A DNA stretch of 64,000 nucleotides from Salibacteraceae bacterium. Its GTDB lineage: Bacteria > Bacteroidota > Bacteroidia > Flavobacteriales_G > Salibacteraceae. Made by a program: the position numbers and the translations under genes. Position 1 is the first letter of the stretch, and each line of letters begins with the position of its first letter. The DNA is taken from NCBI GenBank assembly GCA_041563475.1, contig JBFFMY010000002.1, positions 20,794-84,793 of the forward strand. Direction: 5' to 3'. Shown here one piece after another: positions 40,811 through 49,471 of this stretch. The notes below the pieces were generated by a model that was given only the letters and a program-made list of their open reading frames with translations, had not been told where the DNA came from and did no database searches.

Positions 40811-40856
40811 AAGGGAATAATTAAACAAATAGGTTTAACCTCTTAAATTAAAATTT

Positions 40857-41129
40857 ATGAATAAAGCACAATTGATCGATGCAATGGCCGAAGGAGCAGG
40901 CATCTCAAAAGCAGCTGCAAAAAGCGCATTAGAAGCATTTGTTGGAGCAACTGAATCAACATTAAAATCTGGTGGTCGTGTATCGTTAGTAGGATTCGGA
41001 TCTTTTTCTGTTTCTAAAAGAAATGCAAGAACTGGTCGTAACCCACAAACTGGGAAAGAAATCCAAATTGCAGCGAAAAATGTTGTAAAGTTTAAAGCAG
41101 GATCTGATTTATCAGGATCAGTGAACTAA
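40857..41129 (+). CDS. hup: HU-family DNA-binding protein
   Basis: [12 protein letters not shown]...[37 protein letters not shown]. Confidence 0.95.
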   Translation: MNKAQLIDAMAEGAGISKAAAKSALEAFVGATESTLKSGGRVSLVGFGSFSVSKRNARTGRNPQTGKEIQIAAKNVVKFKAGSDLSGSVN

Positions 41130-41150
41130 ATCTAAACTTAAAGATTTTTA

Positions 41151-41183
41151 AAAGTCTCAACTAAAAGTTGAGACTTTTTTTTT
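41151..41183 (+). terminator. intrinsic terminator after hup
   Basis: Stem aagtctcaac/gttgagactt with a 5-nt loop, followed by a T9 run. Confidence 0.8.
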
Positions 41184-41296
41184 GTCCTTTATTTAATCGA
41201 TCTATCAAATCGGTAGTTGAAAATCTTTTTTACCTTTACCCACAGTTAAAAATATTTCACTAATTAATTGCGTTTAGCAATACTAAAAAATAGAAT

Positions 41297-41482
41297 ATGG
41301 GCAAAGGGGATAAAAAATCAGCAAGAGGTAAACGAATTATCGGTTCATCTGGTGTAACACGTCAAAAAAAGAAAACTACTTACATTGCTCCTGAAGCCAC
41401 TGCTGAAAAAGTTGTAGCACCAAAAGAGAAAAAAGCAGTTAAAAAACCTGCTGCGAAAAAAACTGCAGCTAAAAAGGATTAA
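41297..41482 (+). CDS. 30S ribosomal protein bTHX with a Lys/Ala-rich C-terminal extension
   Basis: The MGKGDKKSARGKRIIGSSGVTRQKKK N-terminus matches the THX signature. The tail is KEKKAVKKPAAKKTAAKKD. Confidence 0.78.
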   Translation: MGKGDKKSARGKRIIGSSGVTRQKKKTTYIAPEATAEKVVAPKEKKAVKKPAAKKTAAKKD

Positions 41483-41498
41483 AAATTAACCTATTATA

Positions 41499-42758
41499 CT
41501 AAGGAGTGTAATCTATCGATTGCACTCTTTTTTTATGCCTAAATTTTTGAAGTAATTCGAGTTCCGACTCTGGTAAAATATGTCCATCCCATAAATAGGC
41601 ATGCAATTTTTTGGCCGCATCAAAAACAGGTACATCCTTCTCACCTTGATCCCTGAGGAAATGAAAAAACTTCATTACCATAAAAACATTAAACCATCTA
41701 TAAAACCTTTTTTGAAAACTCTCATAATTGGTCGTATACAATTTAATTTCCGCTATTTCCGTTTTCCAATTCACAGATTCTAAAAACTGAAGAGTTAAAT
41801 TATCCGCAATATCCACCTCCGTATTATACAAGTTTCCAACTTCATTTAAGAAGTTCTTTAGGCGTATAAAAGATTCGAACTTACTCGTGTAAAACGTATA
41901 ATCGTTTTTTTCTTTCATTTCCAGCATGGCTCTTCCAGTACCAAAAGGAACTCTATTAGAATCCCTATCAGAAGGGAAAACCGTAGAATTGGTTATAGTG
42001 CCCACTTCACCGGCCATCATAAGCTTTAGCATGAACCAAAAATCCTCACCAGCCTTTCTTCTATTCATTCCTCCTTGTAAAACATAGGCATTTCTGGTAA
42101 CTGCCATAGATGAACCAACCGTAAATTCTGCATATGGATGACCTGCAAAAATTAAAGCTGCTTGGTAATACCGTAGATGCAATTCATACTGAATGATGGC
42201 TTTCGTTTGAAAAGATTCTTCATCATGAATTGGGTGTTCGAAATTTATCGAACACCCTAAACTATTTGGGTTAGATTTAAAAAAGCGCCACAATTCAACC
42301 AAATAATTTTTTGAACAGGTCGCATCGCCATCAAATGCAGCAATTACTGGATTTATAACCATAGAATCTTGAAGTCTACGAACGGCTTCATCCATGGCCA
42401 CCTTTCGAGCTAAACCCGCTCCAGCATGTTTTTTGGGTAATTCTATTGGGTTTGATACTAAATATTTCAGACCTGAACTGGAATTCTTTATCGCCCATTC
42501 TTGAACTTCTAGAGCTATATTCTCGTTTAACTTTTGTATTTCCTTCGAAGTGTCTGAAGAATGATTGATAATCACAATGACCTCCACATCAACTTCTGGC
42601 AATTCACAATGTTTTAACGATACTAAGGATTGAAGTAAATCAGATTCTGCCAAAGCAGGTAAAGTAATAACCAGACCCAAATTCGTTCTCTTCGCATGCG
42701 TAAATAACGGGGGCAAAAAAGTTTGACGTTTTACATATTTATCAATGGCTGAAATCAA
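41499..42758 (-). CDS. family 2 glycosyltransferase
   Basis: GT-A fold features: LGLVITLPALAE..., a FDGDA (DxD) motif, and GEDFWF. There is no ATG, so the candidate starts are TTG at 42758 (a TTGA overlap with the pdxH stop) or TTG at 42782. Confidence 0.75.
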   Translation of the reverse strand: MISAIDKYVKRQTFLPPLFTHAKRTNLGLVITLPALAESDLLQSLVSLKHCELPEVDVEVIVIINHSSDTSKEIQKLNENIALEVQEWAIKNSSSGLKYLVSNPIELPKKHAGAGLARKVAMDEAVRRLQDSMVINPVIAAFDGDATCSKNYLVELWRFFKSNPNSLGCSINFEHPIHDEESFQTKAIIQYELHLRYYQAALIFAGHPYAEFTVGSSMAVTRNAYVLQGGMNRRKAGEDFWFMLKLMMAGEVGTITNSTVFPSDRDSNRVPFGTGRAMLEMKEKNDYTFYTSKFESFIRLKNFLNEVGNLYNTEVDIADNLTLQFLESVNWKTEIAEIKLYTTNYESFQKRFYRWFNVFMVMKFFHFLRDQGEKDVPVFDAAKKLHAYLWDGHILPESELELLQKFRHKKRVQSIDYTP

Positions 42759-43408
42759 GGAGCTACGCGGTATTTCATCCAATCATTACCACTCTTTTTA
42801 AACACAATTCTATCGTGCAATCGAGCAGGCCGGCCTTGCCAAAATTCAAAATACGTTGCTTCAATAAAATACCCTCCCCAATTACCCGGTCGAGGAACTT
42901 CCATGTCTTTGAACTTTTCATTAAAATGCTTAACCAAACTCTCCAACTCTGCCCTATTAACCACCTTTTGACTTTGAGCGGAGGCCCACGCTCCAATCTG
43001 ACTTTCACGTGGGCGATCGGCAAAATATGTATCACTTTCCTCGTCTGATAACCGACTCGCAACACCTTCCATACGGATTTGGCGCTCCATTTCCGGCCAT
43101 AATATATTCACGGCAACATTAGGGTTTTGAGCTATCTCCTTTCCTTTACGACTCTCGAAATTCGAGTAAAATTTAAATCCTAAATCGGTAATTCCTCTAT
43201 TATACACTACCCTCGAGGAAGGTTTTCCCTCCGGACTAACTGTAGATACCACCATGGCTTTTGGATCTAGAATTTGCGACCCAACCGCCTCTTCTAGCCA
43301 TTTTGCGTATAATTCAATTGGGTTATCTCCTACTGAATTCTCATTTAATTCTTGAGATGTAAACTCGTGCCTTATTTTATTTAAGTAATTTGAAACTTCT
43401 TCAATCAT
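42755..43408 (-). CDS. pdxH: pyridoxamine 5'-phosphate oxidase
   Basis: RMEG...ESDTYFADRPRESQIGAWASAQS, WGGY, and LHDRIVF. Confidence 0.93.
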   Translation of the reverse strand: MIEEVSNYLNKIRHEFTSQELNENSVGDNPIELYAKWLEEAVGSQILDPKAMVVSTVSPEGKPSSRVVYNRGITDLGFKFYSNFESRKGKEIAQNPNVAVNILWPEMERQIRMEGVASRLSDEESDTYFADRPRESQIGAWASAQSQKVVNRAELESLVKHFNEKFKDMEVPRPGNWGGYFIEATYFEFWQGRPARLHDRIVFKKSGNDWMKYRVAP

Positions 43409-43851
43409 TCTTTTTTTGATTTTGAAATTTCCATACGCTGATTATAGAACAGCGCAGGAATTAAAACTAATGTAATTACTGGATGAATTAATATCCTTCT
43501 TACATAAAACAAATATCTATATTGTTCGGAATCGGAATTTATAATCAATAGTATTAATACCGGAGTTAAAATAATAAAAACTCCCACTAAAATAGTTGCC
43601 GTAAGTTTAACTATTGATTTTGAATTAAATAACACTTGAACCAAAGCCATAGTTAAAATGGAATTGGCTAAAAATCGCAACATCAAAGACCCCGAATATT
43701 TCCACATATTCATCTCGGGTAATTGCAATTTCGAATAATCCGAATGGTGAAAAAAATCAATTAAAGGATCATAAAACAATTTAGACCCAAATACTCTAAC
43801 CGAAATAAATCCCGCTATAATTAACGCTATAACCAATACCCTATTTTTCAT
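43405..43851 (-). CDS. exosortase F system-associated membrane protein
   Basis: 148 aa with 4 predicted TM segments, immediately downstream of and overlapping xrtF, which is the arrangement that defines this pair. The call relies on context and recalled family properties. Confidence 0.7.
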   Translation of the reverse strand: MKNRVLVIALIIAGFISVRVFGSKLFYDPLIDFFHHSDYSKLQLPEMNMWKYSGSLMLRFLANSILTMALVQVLFNSKSIVKLTATILVGVFIILTPVLILLIINSDSEQYRYLFYVRRILIHPVITLVLIPALFYNQRMEISKSKKE

Positions 43852-44380
43852 TGGTTGCTAAAACAATAAATTTCACCCAAAAAACCCATAAAATAAAAAC
43901 TGTTCCGTAAATAATTGCTGGAAACAAATAATCATGTGCTATATAAATATAATTAGGATAATACAGAACAATCATTGCAATTAAATAAATCCTGACAATA
44001 TTGGAAAGATAGATCATCACTAAACCTAATGGTCCAAACCACAAGTAAGATTTGAATTTGCCCGTAAATGCAATAATAAATGCTAAAAATAAAATCATTA
44101 CGCTAATCGCATTACACCCTTCAATCATTGTTACAACCGGTACTCCGAAATAATGAATTTCAGAAAATGGGGCCTCACAAGAATAAAAAGTGGAAATTTG
44201 AGGTAAAGAAAGGGATAATAATTTCGCGACCTGCTCAGTAACAAATGTTGTCGCAGAATCTAAATGGTCAATATACCCGCTTAAATAGCCATTGTAAATC
44301 AACACTCCGGCAATATAGACTCCGAAAAACTTGGCTAAAAAAAGCCAAACTGATTTGTATTCTGAAAAAATATTCATCAT
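43841..44380 (-). CDS. xrtF: exosortase family protein XrtF
   Basis: 179-aa polytopic membrane protein. It carries the exosortase catalytic contexts in order: Cys (IEGCNAISVM), Arg (LSNIVRIYL), His (YIAHDYLFP). Confidence 0.78.
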   Translation of the reverse strand: MMNIFSEYKSVWLFLAKFFGVYIAGVLIYNGYLSGYIDHLDSATTFVTEQVAKLLSLSLPQISTFYSCEAPFSEIHYFGVPVVTMIEGCNAISVMILFLAFIIAFTGKFKSYLWFGPLGLVMIYLSNIVRIYLIAMIVLYYPNYIYIAHDYLFPAIIYGTVFILWVFWVKFIVLATNEK

Positions 44381-44382
44381 AA

Positions 44383-44390
44383 CAAATGTA
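44383..44390 (-). promoter_or_regulatory. candidate -7 box (TACATTTG) abutting the xrtF start codon
   Basis: Exact TAnnTTTG match on the minus strand, with only 2 nt between the box and the first ATG (44380). Confidence 0.4.
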
Positions 44391-44408
44391 TTCTAATTGC
44401 AGGTTTTA

Positions 44409-44438
44409 TTGATGATGTAAGTCAAACGATTAATTTTG
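44409..44438 (+). promoter_or_regulatory. candidate promoter of miaE (TTG-N19-TAATTTTG)
   Basis: TTG at 44409-44411, a 19-nt spacer, and TAATTTTG at 44431-44438. The ATG at 44443 lies 4 nt after the box. Confidence 0.5.
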
Positions 44439-44442
44439 TATC

Positions 44443-45045
44443 ATGGAAAAACAACTACCAAAAGATTTTAAAATTCAATTGAAATTTGATACCCCACCAG
44501 CTTGGATTGATTCTGTTTTAAAAAACTTCGATACTTTTTTAATTGATCATGCCGATAATGAAAGAAAAGCATCCAATATGGCACTAAGTTTTATTGCGAA
44601 GGCACCCGAAAAAACGGAAATGATATCTGAACTTATTGATATCGCTTTAGAAGAATTGGTGCATTTTAAACAAGTATATAAAGTGATGACCAAGCGAGGA
44701 CTCTCATTCCCAAAGGAAATTGAAAAGGATGAGTACATTAACCGTTTTATTAAGTCCTGCAGATCCGGTTGGAAAGAACGTTTTTTGGATAGACTTCTCG
44801 TTGCTTCTATAGTGGAAACACGTGGTGCAGAGCGATTTAGAATAGTTTCAGAGAATCACCCAGAATCGGAAATCCAGGATTTTTATACGATGTTGTATAA
44901 AAGCGAAGATCGACATGGAAACATATTTGTTGAAATGGCTCTTTTATACTACGAATATGAAGAAGTAATGAAACGATTGAATGAAATGGTGGTCATTGAA
45001 GCTGAAATTTGTAGCGAACTACCTTTTAAAGGATTAGTGCATTAG
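44443..45045 (+). CDS. miaE: tRNA-(ms2io6A)-hydroxylase (ferritin-like diiron)
   Basis: 200 aa with DHADNERKA, ALEELVHF, ETRGAERF and EDRH diiron-type EXXH/helix motifs typical of MiaE. Confidence 0.8.
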   Translation: MEKQLPKDFKIQLKFDTPPAWIDSVLKNFDTFLIDHADNERKASNMALSFIAKAPEKTEMISELIDIALEELVHFKQVYKVMTKRGLSFPKEIEKDEYINRFIKSCRSGWKERFLDRLLVASIVETRGAERFRIVSENHPESEIQDFYTMLYKSEDRHGNIFVEMALLYYEYEEVMKRLNEMVVIEAEICSELPFKGLVH

Positions 45046-45049
45046 CCAA

Positions 45050-46492
45050 TCACCTTTTAGGTTGATGGGCAGGTTGCAATAAATCGTTTACGGTCTTTAC
45101 GGGATGAAAAGTTTCAATAGGGACCTCTACAAATACCGTCAACCAATCTGCCATAGCGCCATTCCATAAACCAGGATACTCAATCACTTTAATGTCTTCT
45201 CCTTCAATTGATTTAGATGATACAAAAAATGTTTTTTCATTGATATAATTCAGTAGATTAAATTTCTTTCCCGTATAATCTCTCAAGCCACAAACCATAT
45301 CAACAGGATTAAAATGAGTAGCGGAATTCAATATGTCTTGAACGTTATTATCTTCCAAATTCATCTGGGCAGTTTCCACTATTTGGACAGAATTACCCAC
45401 CCAAAAAGGACCTCCTCCAGCCTTTCCTTCGTTTTTAACCATTCCGCACACACGTATAGGTTTATTTAGAGCATCAAAAATATCTTTAGGGTTTTGCTTT
45501 ACAGAAATACTAAACTCATTTGAAATAAACTGAACAATAGCATTCAATCTTGATTCCGACAAACTAGCGGATTTCAATTCCGACAGAATAGTAAATACCT
45601 CCCGTTGTAGTTTTAGCAAAATTGACCCAAGTACTTTTTTATTTTTTACTACAACATCTTGAAATTCAACTCGAACGATGTTATCAATGTTTTTAATGAA
45701 AACAATGTCTGCTTCCAATTCATTAAGATTATGAATCAAAGCCCCATGTCCTCCAGGTCTTAAAACTAAATTTCCGTCAGCATCATGAACTAATTCATCC
45801 TGTGAATCAAGAGCTACAGTATCCGTTGAACTAGACTGGGTAGAAAAGGTTACATCAATTTCTGATTTTCCAAGGTTACTCAAATAATCATATATAGTTT
45901 CCAAATGATTTTTCACAAGGGTTTCATGTTCTGGTGAAATAGTAAAATGAAATCGGGAAACATTTTGATCCATCACATATTTAATTCCTTCAATGAGTTG
46001 ATCATCAATAGCTTTATGCGTTTCAGAATCATACTTATGAAAATCAATCATAGCTTTAGGTAGATTTCCATAGTTTAACCCATCTTCCGACAACACTTTA
46101 TTAATAATGGCCAGACTATTGTCCATTTCCTTCTCGGAAAGTAAACTTGATACTTTATCAAAAAATGCAAATTTTGAGAGATTCTCTAAAAATTCACTTA
46201 CAAGTTCCTGTTCATTTTCTGGGTCGTATAAATGCTTAAACATTCGAGTTGCTGCACCGGAGGCGGGAGTGAAAACTAGTATTTTTTTCCCACTAATTTC
46301 AATCTCATAATTCGAAACTAAATCATCCAATTCCTTTTGATTGAATTTTATTATCCCATCACCAATGGTACATGGACGTATCAAATCCAAAGGCTCTGGT
46401 CCAGCCTTCAATTGTTCGTATTGTTTTAAAACAGTTTCCATCGGAATACCCAATACATTTAATCTTGTTTTATCTTCTTGTGAAATTTTCAT
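45050..46492 (-). CDS. DUF4301-like protein, probable nucleotide-sugar pyrophosphorylase-fold enzyme
   Basis: FTPASGAATRMFK (a Gly-rich NTP loop like the UGPase GGxGTxMG) and LRPGGHGALI (like the UGPase PxGHGD). Confidence 0.7.
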   Translation of the reverse strand: MKISQEDKTRLNVLGIPMETVLKQYEQLKAGPEPLDLIRPCTIGDGIIKFNQKELDDLVSNYEIEISGKKILVFTPASGAATRMFKHLYDPENEQELVSEFLENLSKFAFFDKVSSLLSEKEMDNSLAIINKVLSEDGLNYGNLPKAMIDFHKYDSETHKAIDDQLIEGIKYVMDQNVSRFHFTISPEHETLVKNHLETIYDYLSNLGKSEIDVTFSTQSSSTDTVALDSQDELVHDADGNLVLRPGGHGALIHNLNELEADIVFIKNIDNIVRVEFQDVVVKNKKVLGSILLKLQREVFTILSELKSASLSESRLNAIVQFISNEFSISVKQNPKDIFDALNKPIRVCGMVKNEGKAGGGPFWVGNSVQIVETAQMNLEDNNVQDILNSATHFNPVDMVCGLRDYTGKKFNLLNYINEKTFFVSSKSIEGEDIKVIEYPGLWNGAMADWLTVFVEVPIETFHPVKTVNDLLQPAHQPKR

Positions 46493-47254
46493 TTATTGAT
46501 CTATAAAACGATAGGTAATACTTCCCATTTGAATTTTGGGAGCACTTGATTTAGAATTAAATATGGTTGATTTAGCTCCTTTTATTGCCGCATCCAACAA
46601 ACAAGGATCACTTGTTTTTGAAGATTGTTCATCAATTTTTACTGAAACCACCCTACCCGACTGATTCACTGCAATATTAACCACAACCACACCTCCATAT
46701 TGACACATATAAACGGGTACATCCAAACGTGTATCGAAACGGTTTTCTAGTTTATAAGTGATGTTTGTATTTCCTTGATAAGCGGCTTCCGAACGTGGTT
46801 TTTGCTCCACTACCTCCTCCAAATTTTTGTTCTTTTTTGAATCCAGCATGTCATCTATTTGCTCCTGAGAATATCCGTACCCAGCATCCCTTTGCTCTTC
46901 AATTACTTTTTGCTCTAATTCCTTTAATTCTTGTTCGAGTTGTTTGTCAAAACTCTCTTTACTTTTTGTGCTCGGTTCTCGGTTATACTCGTTGTATTCT
47001 CCTTTCTTCACATTCTCAGGAGCAGATTCATTGACTCCTTTATTAGAATAATTATCCGCATTTACTTTTTTTAATGCGGCAAGTTCTTCTTCTATTTTTT
47101 CTTCGGGTTCTTCGGGAAAATTAATGACAATGATGCTTTCGTCATCTATATCAACTTTAGGCAAATATGTATACACGGAAAAAACCAATATAAAGAAATG
47201 GAATAAAATCGTTCCAAGTACACTAAACTTATGCCTAATCAGGAATTTAAACAT
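46493..47254 (-). CDS. membrane-anchored protein with a charged linker and a TonB-C-terminal-like domain
   Basis: N-terminal TM (VLGTILFHFFILVFSVYTYL), an E/K-rich coiled segment, and C-terminal GGVVVVNIAVNQSGRVVSVKI...LLDAAIKGAKSTIF. Confidence 0.6.
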   Translation of the reverse strand: MFKFLIRHKFSVLGTILFHFFILVFSVYTYLPKVDIDDESIIVINFPEEPEEKIEEELAALKKVNADNYSNKGVNESAPENVKKGEYNEYNREPSTKSKESFDKQLEQELKELEQKVIEEQRDAGYGYSQEQIDDMLDSKKNKNLEEVVEQKPRSEAAYQGNTNITYKLENRFDTRLDVPVYMCQYGGVVVVNIAVNQSGRVVSVKIDEQSSKTSDPCLLDAAIKGAKSTIFNSKSSAPKIQMGSITYRFIDQ

Positions 47255-47265
47255 GCAAACTGCAA

Positions 47266-49368
47266 TTAGTACTCTTCTTTATAAAAATAACCTCTTTTTT
47301 CTATTGAAAACAACTTAACTCCCTCTCCATTTTCTAGCATAATTACATCATTGTCAATCCAATCAATATTGGTAAAATATACTGGAACAATGGTTGAATC
47401 TTGATAATTCAAAACCCCCTTTAAACCGTTTTTTTCTACAAGTAAATATACCGAATCAAGAACGGAAATTTTATCATAACCAAACGGAATTACCACCTCG
47501 TTATTTTGATTAATTACACCAAAAGCAGAATCCTTTTTTACAATGGCGTAACCATGGTGAAAATCATATGCTTGATTATATGTATAGGGAATTACCAATT
47601 TAACATCCGAATTGGCATACCCCCATAAATTACCTTTACGCACCGCTGTTAGTTCCTTATTAAAACTTCCTACATCCGTGAAAATTGCTGGATATACCCG
47701 GTTTCCAAGGGTATCAATTATCCCAACCTTTTCCTTCACAATTACTTTAGCGTACCCTTTATTAAACTGACTATAGCTCAACGTAAAATCATTGTATCCA
47801 AATTCTTCCTTTATTACCTGCTCACCTAGCCTATTTAGATACACAAAGTACTGGTCTTTAACCGCAATCGCTCGATTATTTGAAAATTTACCAATCAAAT
47901 CGAATGTAAATGGAACAATGGTATCCCCACTAAAATTTAAAACACCAGTATATTCTTTCGTTTTTGCGATACACAAGCTCGAATCTATCAGGACGGATTC
48001 ATAAATCGGTTCCACGAGAACATTTCCTGAATCATTTATTACGCCATAACCTGAATCATTTTTTATAATTGCTTTTGTATGGTGAAAATCAAATGCCGTT
48101 TCATATATAAATGGAATTGCAGAATCGCCCTCAGAATTAAAATATCCATACAAATTATCTTTGCTTGCGTAAATTAGGTTTTCGGAAAACTCTCCCATCT
48201 CATCATAAACCAATGGAATAATAATATCTCCTAAATAATTAATTACACCATACTGTTCACTAACACTAACAACAGCTAAATGATTAGAAAAAGAAAAAAC
48301 ATCATCAAATAAATGTTTAAATATTAGCTTTCCATGTTTATCAATAAAAACCGATTTACCCATAAACCCAACACTCGCCTTTCCTTCTGAAAAATTGGAA
48401 ACCCATGAATATTGCGGATTAATTAACCAATTCCCTGTGGTGTCAATAAAACCCCATAACCCTTCCTTTTTTGCAGGATAAAATGTGGTCATCGAAAGCT
48501 CTAAATCGTTTCTGAGATCCTCTTTAAAAGGATAAAGCGGAAAATCAATCATAAATTCAAATATTTGAGCAGGTGAAAATTCACTTGTTCTCATTTTGTA
48601 AATAGTAGACCATGCCTTTTTTACATTCTTATTATTTGGATTTTCCTTTATAAACGTTTCATACGACTCGATTTTCCCATCTTGAATATATAATTGGTAA
48701 ACCATTTCTTGCGCATCCTTAGCATACGGGTTATTTGGATACTTCTCGGCAAATTCTTTAAAACTTTGCGCATCACCAAGAAGAGTCATTTCTTGATATT
48801 CTAGAATTTGTAGTTGCTTTTTAGCAGAGTTATAATCTCCAGAATTAGGATATTGATTTAAGAAATAATTCCAGGCATCTATTGAATTAGAATCAACAGC
48901 AATCAAATATGCAGCATGATTGCGTAATTTTAAGGCTTCCTCATAATCAGATGAATGTGCGTGATCACTAATGAACTTTTGATAGGATTGTAAGGTGTTT
49001 TCCTCCGTTGCTCGAATAAAAAAGAAGGTAGATATAAATACTTTTTCTTTTAAAATTGAATTCTCATCAATTCCGAACTCTTTTAGTTTTTCCCGATCCT
49101 TATCAGAACTCAATAAAAATAAACTGTCGCATAAATTCACAAATTTATTGGCCGAATCAATATTGAAAAAGGGACTTTTCTCTGCGTCATACACTTTACT
49201 TAAACCGTATGCAGCAGGAACGGGCTTCTTTTTAAGCGACTTTTCAAATATTTTTTTCGCTTCAAAGTAATTGAACATTTGCAACGCTTCGAACCCTTTG
49301 TCGATCTTCGCTCCAAATGCCAAGTTTACCGTTATAATAAATCCAATTACACCAAATAATCTCCGCAT
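47266..49368 (-). CDS. secreted TPR-like + WG-repeat (KWG) protein
   Basis: Signal peptide. The N-terminal half has TPR-like helices. The C-terminal half has more than 8 repeats of the type ...GLWGFIDTTGNWLINPQY..., ...KYGVINYLGDIIIPLVYD..., ...LWGYANSDVKLVIPYTYN... Confidence 0.75.
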   Translation of the reverse strand: MRRLFGVIGFIITVNLAFGAKIDKGFEALQMFNYFEAKKIFEKSLKKKPVPAAYGLSKVYDAEKSPFFNIDSANKFVNLCDSLFLLSSDKDREKLKEFGIDENSILKEKVFISTFFFIRATEENTLQSYQKFISDHAHSSDYEEALKLRNHAAYLIAVDSNSIDAWNYFLNQYPNSGDYNSAKKQLQILEYQEMTLLGDAQSFKEFAEKYPNNPYAKDAQEMVYQLYIQDGKIESYETFIKENPNNKNVKKAWSTIYKMRTSEFSPAQIFEFMIDFPLYPFKEDLRNDLELSMTTFYPAKKEGLWGFIDTTGNWLINPQYSWVSNFSEGKASVGFMGKSVFIDKHGKLIFKHLFDDVFSFSNHLAVVSVSEQYGVINYLGDIIIPLVYDEMGEFSENLIYASKDNLYGYFNSEGDSAIPFIYETAFDFHHTKAIIKNDSGYGVINDSGNVLVEPIYESVLIDSSLCIAKTKEYTGVLNFSGDTIVPFTFDLIGKFSNNRAIAVKDQYFVYLNRLGEQVIKEEFGYNDFTLSYSQFNKGYAKVIVKEKVGIIDTLGNRVYPAIFTDVGSFNKELTAVRKGNLWGYANSDVKLVIPYTYNQAYDFHHGYAIVKKDSAFGVINQNNEVVIPFGYDKISVLDSVYLLVEKNGLKGVLNYQDSTIVPVYFTNIDWIDNDVIMLENGEGVKLFSIEKRGYFYKEEY

Positions 49369-49471
49369 GATTCTTCTTTGAGCCGCAAAAATATAGGATT
49401 AAAACGCTTGAGTTAAGCCCAAACTTGCTATTTATAAACAATGAAATATTTTTTGTGAATTACGGATTATT

